From contig CAXXJJ010000001.1 of assembly GCA_963667015.2 (NCBI GenBank), forward strand, positions 1,696,001 to 1,760,000: 64,000 nucleotides of DNA, given 5' to 3'. A model generated the notes under the pieces. The model did not search any database. It saw only the letters and a program-made list of their open reading frames with translations, and had not been told where the DNA came from. Position numbers and translations under genes: made by a program. This document shows positions 61,322 through 64,000 of this stretch, piece after piece; within the stretch, counting starts at the first letter, position 1, and every line of letters begins with the position of its first letter. The DNA is from Desulfatiglandales bacterium. Its GTDB lineage: Bacteria; Desulfobacterota; DSM-4660; Desulfatiglandales; HGW-15.

Positions 61322-61651
61322 GTGCTTAAGAAACATCCCATAATTAAAAAGAACGATAAGGTTATCATCCTTTCAGGGAAAGAACAGGGGAAAATCGGTA
61401 ACGTGCTTAAAGTTGACAGTGAGAAAATGCGCGTGATCGTTGAAAAAATCAATGTGGTTAAGAGACATTCAAAGCCGAGTGCTGCAAATGCTCAGGGTGG
61501 TATTATTGAAAAAGAGGCTCCTATTCATATCTCCAACTTGATGATTATCTGCAATAAATGCGCTGAACCGACAAGAATAGGAAAACGCATACTTGATGAT
61601 GGATCGAAGGTAAGGGTTTGTAAAAAGTGTGGTGAAATAATTGGTGATTAG
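61322..61651 (+). CDS. rplX: 50S ribosomal protein L24
   Basis: KOW motif, GGIIEKEAPIHISN; CxxC..CxxC tail. Confidence 0.97.
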   Translation: MLKKHPIIKKNDKVIILSGKEQGKIGNVLKVDSEKMRVIVEKINVVKRHSKPSAANAQGGIIEKEAPIHISNLMIICNKCAEPTRIGKRILDDGSKVRVCKKCGEIIGD

Positions 61652-61716
61652 AATTTGCCAATTTAGAATCCTTGAATATAACAACATTTATTCAGATTTG
61701 TAAACAGGAGTAACAG

Positions 61717-62256
61717 TTGTCCAGACTGAAAGATAAGTATACGGATGAAGTAGTTCCGGCTTTAGTAAAAGAGTTCGGTTACACAAGCGCCATGGCTGTG
61801 CCTAAAATTAAAAAAGTTGTTTTAAACATGGGACTGGGTGAAGCTATATTCAATATCAAGGTGCTTGATAGCGCAGCAGAAGAACTTTCATTAATTGCCG
61901 GACAGAAAGCGGTCATTAGGAAAGCAAAGAAATCTATTGCTGGTTTTAAGTTACGTGAAGGCATGCCTATAGGGTGCTCCGTTACGTTAAGACGTGAAAA
62001 GATGTATGAGTTTCTGGATAAACTTTTTAATGTCGCACTCCCAAGGGTTAGAGACTTTCGTGGCTTGCCGAATAAGATGTTTGATGGCAGGGCAAATTGT
62101 TCACTTGGGATAAAAGAACATATAATTTTTCCTGAAATCGATTACGATAAGATAGACAAAATTAAAGGTCTTAATATTACAATTGTTACTTCTGGTAAAA
62201 CCGATGCAGAAGGTACGTTTTTATTAAAATCTTTAGGAATGCCTTTTAGGAATTAA
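61717..62256 (+). CDS. rplE: 50S ribosomal protein L5
   Basis: [30 protein letters not shown]. Confidence 0.98.
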   Translation: MSRLKDKYTDEVVPALVKEFGYTSAMAVPKIKKVVLNMGLGEAIFNIKVLDSAAEELSLIAGQKAVIRKAKKSIAGFKLREGMPIGCSVTLRREKMYEFLDKLFNVALPRVRDFRGLPNKMFDGRANCSLGIKEHIIFPEIDYDKIDKIKGLNITIVTSGKTDAEGTFLLKSLGMPFRN

Positions 62257-62269
62257 CAGGGAGGATGAC

Positions 62270-62455
62270 TTGGCAAAAAAGTCCCTTATAGCAAAAGCTA
62301 AAAGAAATCAGAAATTTTCTACTCGTAAATATAACCGTTGTCCTATTTGTGGAAGGCCCCGTGCATTTCTGAGAAAATTCGGTATTTGCAGAATTTGTTT
62401 TAGAAGTATGGCTCTGGGCGGAGAGATACCCGGTGTAATTAAATCCAGTTGGTAA
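62270..62455 (+). CDS. rpsN: 30S ribosomal protein S14, type Z (Zn-binding)
   Basis: RCPICGRPR...CRICFR, GVIKSSW. Confidence 0.97.
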   Translation: MAKKSLIAKAKRNQKFSTRKYNRCPICGRPRAFLRKFGICRICFRSMALGGEIPGVIKSSW

Positions 62456-62530
62456 TTATTGTTTTAGCTGGTTAATACTAATTATATTTTTATTAAGTAG
62501 AAAATGAAATAGAAACAAGGAGTTATTTTC

Positions 62531-62929
62531 ATGGGAATGACAGATCCGATAGCCGATATGCTGACTAGAATGAGGAATGCATTAATGGCATCATACAACT
62601 CAGTAGACGTTCCTGGTTCAAGGATGAAAATAAATATCGCTAAGGTACTTAAATCTGAAGGTTTTATTAAGAACTTTAAGTTAATTGATGATAAGAAGCA
62701 GGGTGTCATCAAAATTTATTTTAAATACGATGAAAAAGGTGCACCAATTATTGATGGCCTGAAAAGGATAAGCAAACCTGGTTGTAGAATTTATTCTAAG
62801 AGTGACAAAATCCCAAAGGTATTAAATGGTTTTGGAATTAGTATTCTATCAACTTCAAAAGGCATAATCACGGACAAACAGGCAAGAGAGATAGGTGTTG
62901 GTGGAGAAGTTATCTGTTCAGTCTGGTAG
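62531..62929 (+). CDS. rpsH: 30S ribosomal protein S8
   Basis: TDPIADMLTR, SKPGCRIY, STSKG, GGEVIC. Confidence 0.98.
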   Translation: MGMTDPIADMLTRMRNALMASYNSVDVPGSRMKINIAKVLKSEGFIKNFKLIDDKKQGVIKIYFKYDEKGAPIIDGLKRISKPGCRIYSKSDKIPKVLNGFGISILSTSKGIITDKQAREIGVGGEVICSVW

Positions 62930-62981
62930 TTTTTTGTTATTTATACATCGTATTATGATCTTTCTTAATTGGAGGTTTTAA

Positions 62982-63521
62982 ATGTCACGCATAGGCAAAA
63001 TGCCTATTGAAATCCCAAAAGAAGTTAAGGTAGATATTAAAGAAGAGTCTATATCTATCAAGGGACCAAAAGGTGAATTAAAAAGGACCATTAATCCTAA
63101 GGTTCGTTTAAATATTGAAAATGATCAGATATTGATCATGGTTGATGACGATTCAAAAGAATCCAAATCATGCCACGGTTTATTTAGAGCCTTAGTAGCA
63201 AATATGGTAAAAGGTGTTTCTCAAGGATTCGAGCGTATACTTGAAATAGTCGGTGTTGGTTACAGAGCTGAGGTTGCAGGCCGAACCGCTACATTTCATC
63301 TTGGCTATTCGCATCCAATAGTATTTGAACTGCCGGAAGGAATAGACGCAAACATTGATAAATCCAAAATAACCCTGACCGGAATCGACAAAGAGCTTCT
63401 TGGACGAACGGCCGCTAAAATTAGAAGTTTCAGGAAACCTGAGCCCTATAAAGGTAAGGGGATAAAATACGCGGAAGAAGTCATAAAGAGGAAGGCTGGT
63501 AAGTCCGGAGCTAGGGATTAA
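62982..63521 (+). CDS. rplF: 50S ribosomal protein L6
   Basis: MSRIGK, GVGYRA, PEPYKGKGI. Confidence 0.98.
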   Translation: MSRIGKMPIEIPKEVKVDIKEESISIKGPKGELKRTINPKVRLNIENDQILIMVDDDSKESKSCHGLFRALVANMVKGVSQGFERILEIVGVGYRAEVAGRTATFHLGYSHPIVFELPEGIDANIDKSKITLTGIDKELLGRTAAKIRSFRKPEPYKGKGIKYAEEVIKRKAGKSGARD

Positions 63522-63551
63522 AAGGATTATTTTTTTGACAGGATCATTATA

Positions 63552-63920
63552 ATGGCATCGATAAGCAGAGCAAAATCAAGAGAAAAACGGAAAAGACGAG
63601 TAAGGCGAAAAGTTCTTGGAACGGCTGAACGTCCAAGGCTTTCGGTCTTTAGAAGTGCAAAGAATATATACGCACAAATAATTGATGATACCAGTTATAA
63701 CACCCTTGTACAGGTATCCACTATTTCAAAAGATGTAAGGGATCAGTTAAAAGGAAAGAGTGGAAATAAAGAGGGGGCAACGGTGATTGGTAAATTAATA
63801 GCGGAAAGAGCTCAGGAAAAAGGTATAAAAAAGGTTGTTTTTGATAGAAACGGATTTTTATACCATGGACGAGTTAAATCACTTGCTGAAGCAGCACGGG
63901 AAGGTGGACTGGAATTTTAG
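63552..63920 (+). CDS. rplR: 50S ribosomal protein L18
   Basis: [30 protein letters not shown]. Confidence 0.98.
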   Translation: MASISRAKSREKRKRRVRRKVLGTAERPRLSVFRSAKNIYAQIIDDTSYNTLVQVSTISKDVRDQLKGKSGNKEGATVIGKLIAERAQEKGIKKVVFDRNGFLYHGRVKSLAEAAREGGLEF

Positions 63921-63969
63921 TTTTCTATGAATTCCAATTTATATTTAGCAGCAATTAAGGAGACAGGCA

Positions 63970-64000
63970 TTGTATAAAGAAGAGAACGAAGATGAATTAA
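63970..64000 (+). CDS. rpsE: Probable start of 30S ribosomal protein S5 (truncated by window edge)
   Basis: TTG after AAGGAG RBS directly after rplR; MYKEENEDEL...; assigned by synteny only. Confidence 0.6.
   Translation, partial: MYKEENEDEL

Noticed and set aside
45231..62712. Antisense and alternative-frame ORFs within rpoB, rpoC, tuf and ribosomal protein genes
   Set aside because: They overlap highly conserved genes and have no independent coding signals.

Overview
64-kb window from a sulfate-reducing bacterium, most likely Desulfobacterota (Deltaproteobacteria); this is inferred from aprBA/qmoABC, an LpxL acyltransferase and the core gene sequences. 1-14.4 kb is accessory and on the minus strand. 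It holds a Bacteroidota-style exbB-exbD-exbD-tonB-small TM-PstS-like lipoprotein operon, followed by a tandemly duplicated cassette of a secreted ~1140-aa protein (7 RCC1 + 17 ankyrin repeats) and a lipoprotein, which runs off the left edge. A 1.6-kb toxin-antitoxin islet is bounded by a duplicated 3' end of nth. 14.4-39 kb contains nth, an AmmeMemoRadiSam-type cluster whose proteins carry export signals, and aprBA with a Rex box. A 7-kb insert (heterodimeric ABC exporter, hsdR relic, PIN TA module, ETF:quinone oxidoreductase with a Rex box) separates aprBA from qmoABC; housekeeping genes follow. 39.5-64 kb is the core translation/transcription supercluster: tRNAs, tuf, rpmG, secE, nusG, rplKAJL, rpoBC, rpsL-rpsG-tuf with no fusA, and the S10 and spc operons up to the start of rpsE. 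Family assignments come from motif recognition only; no searches were run.
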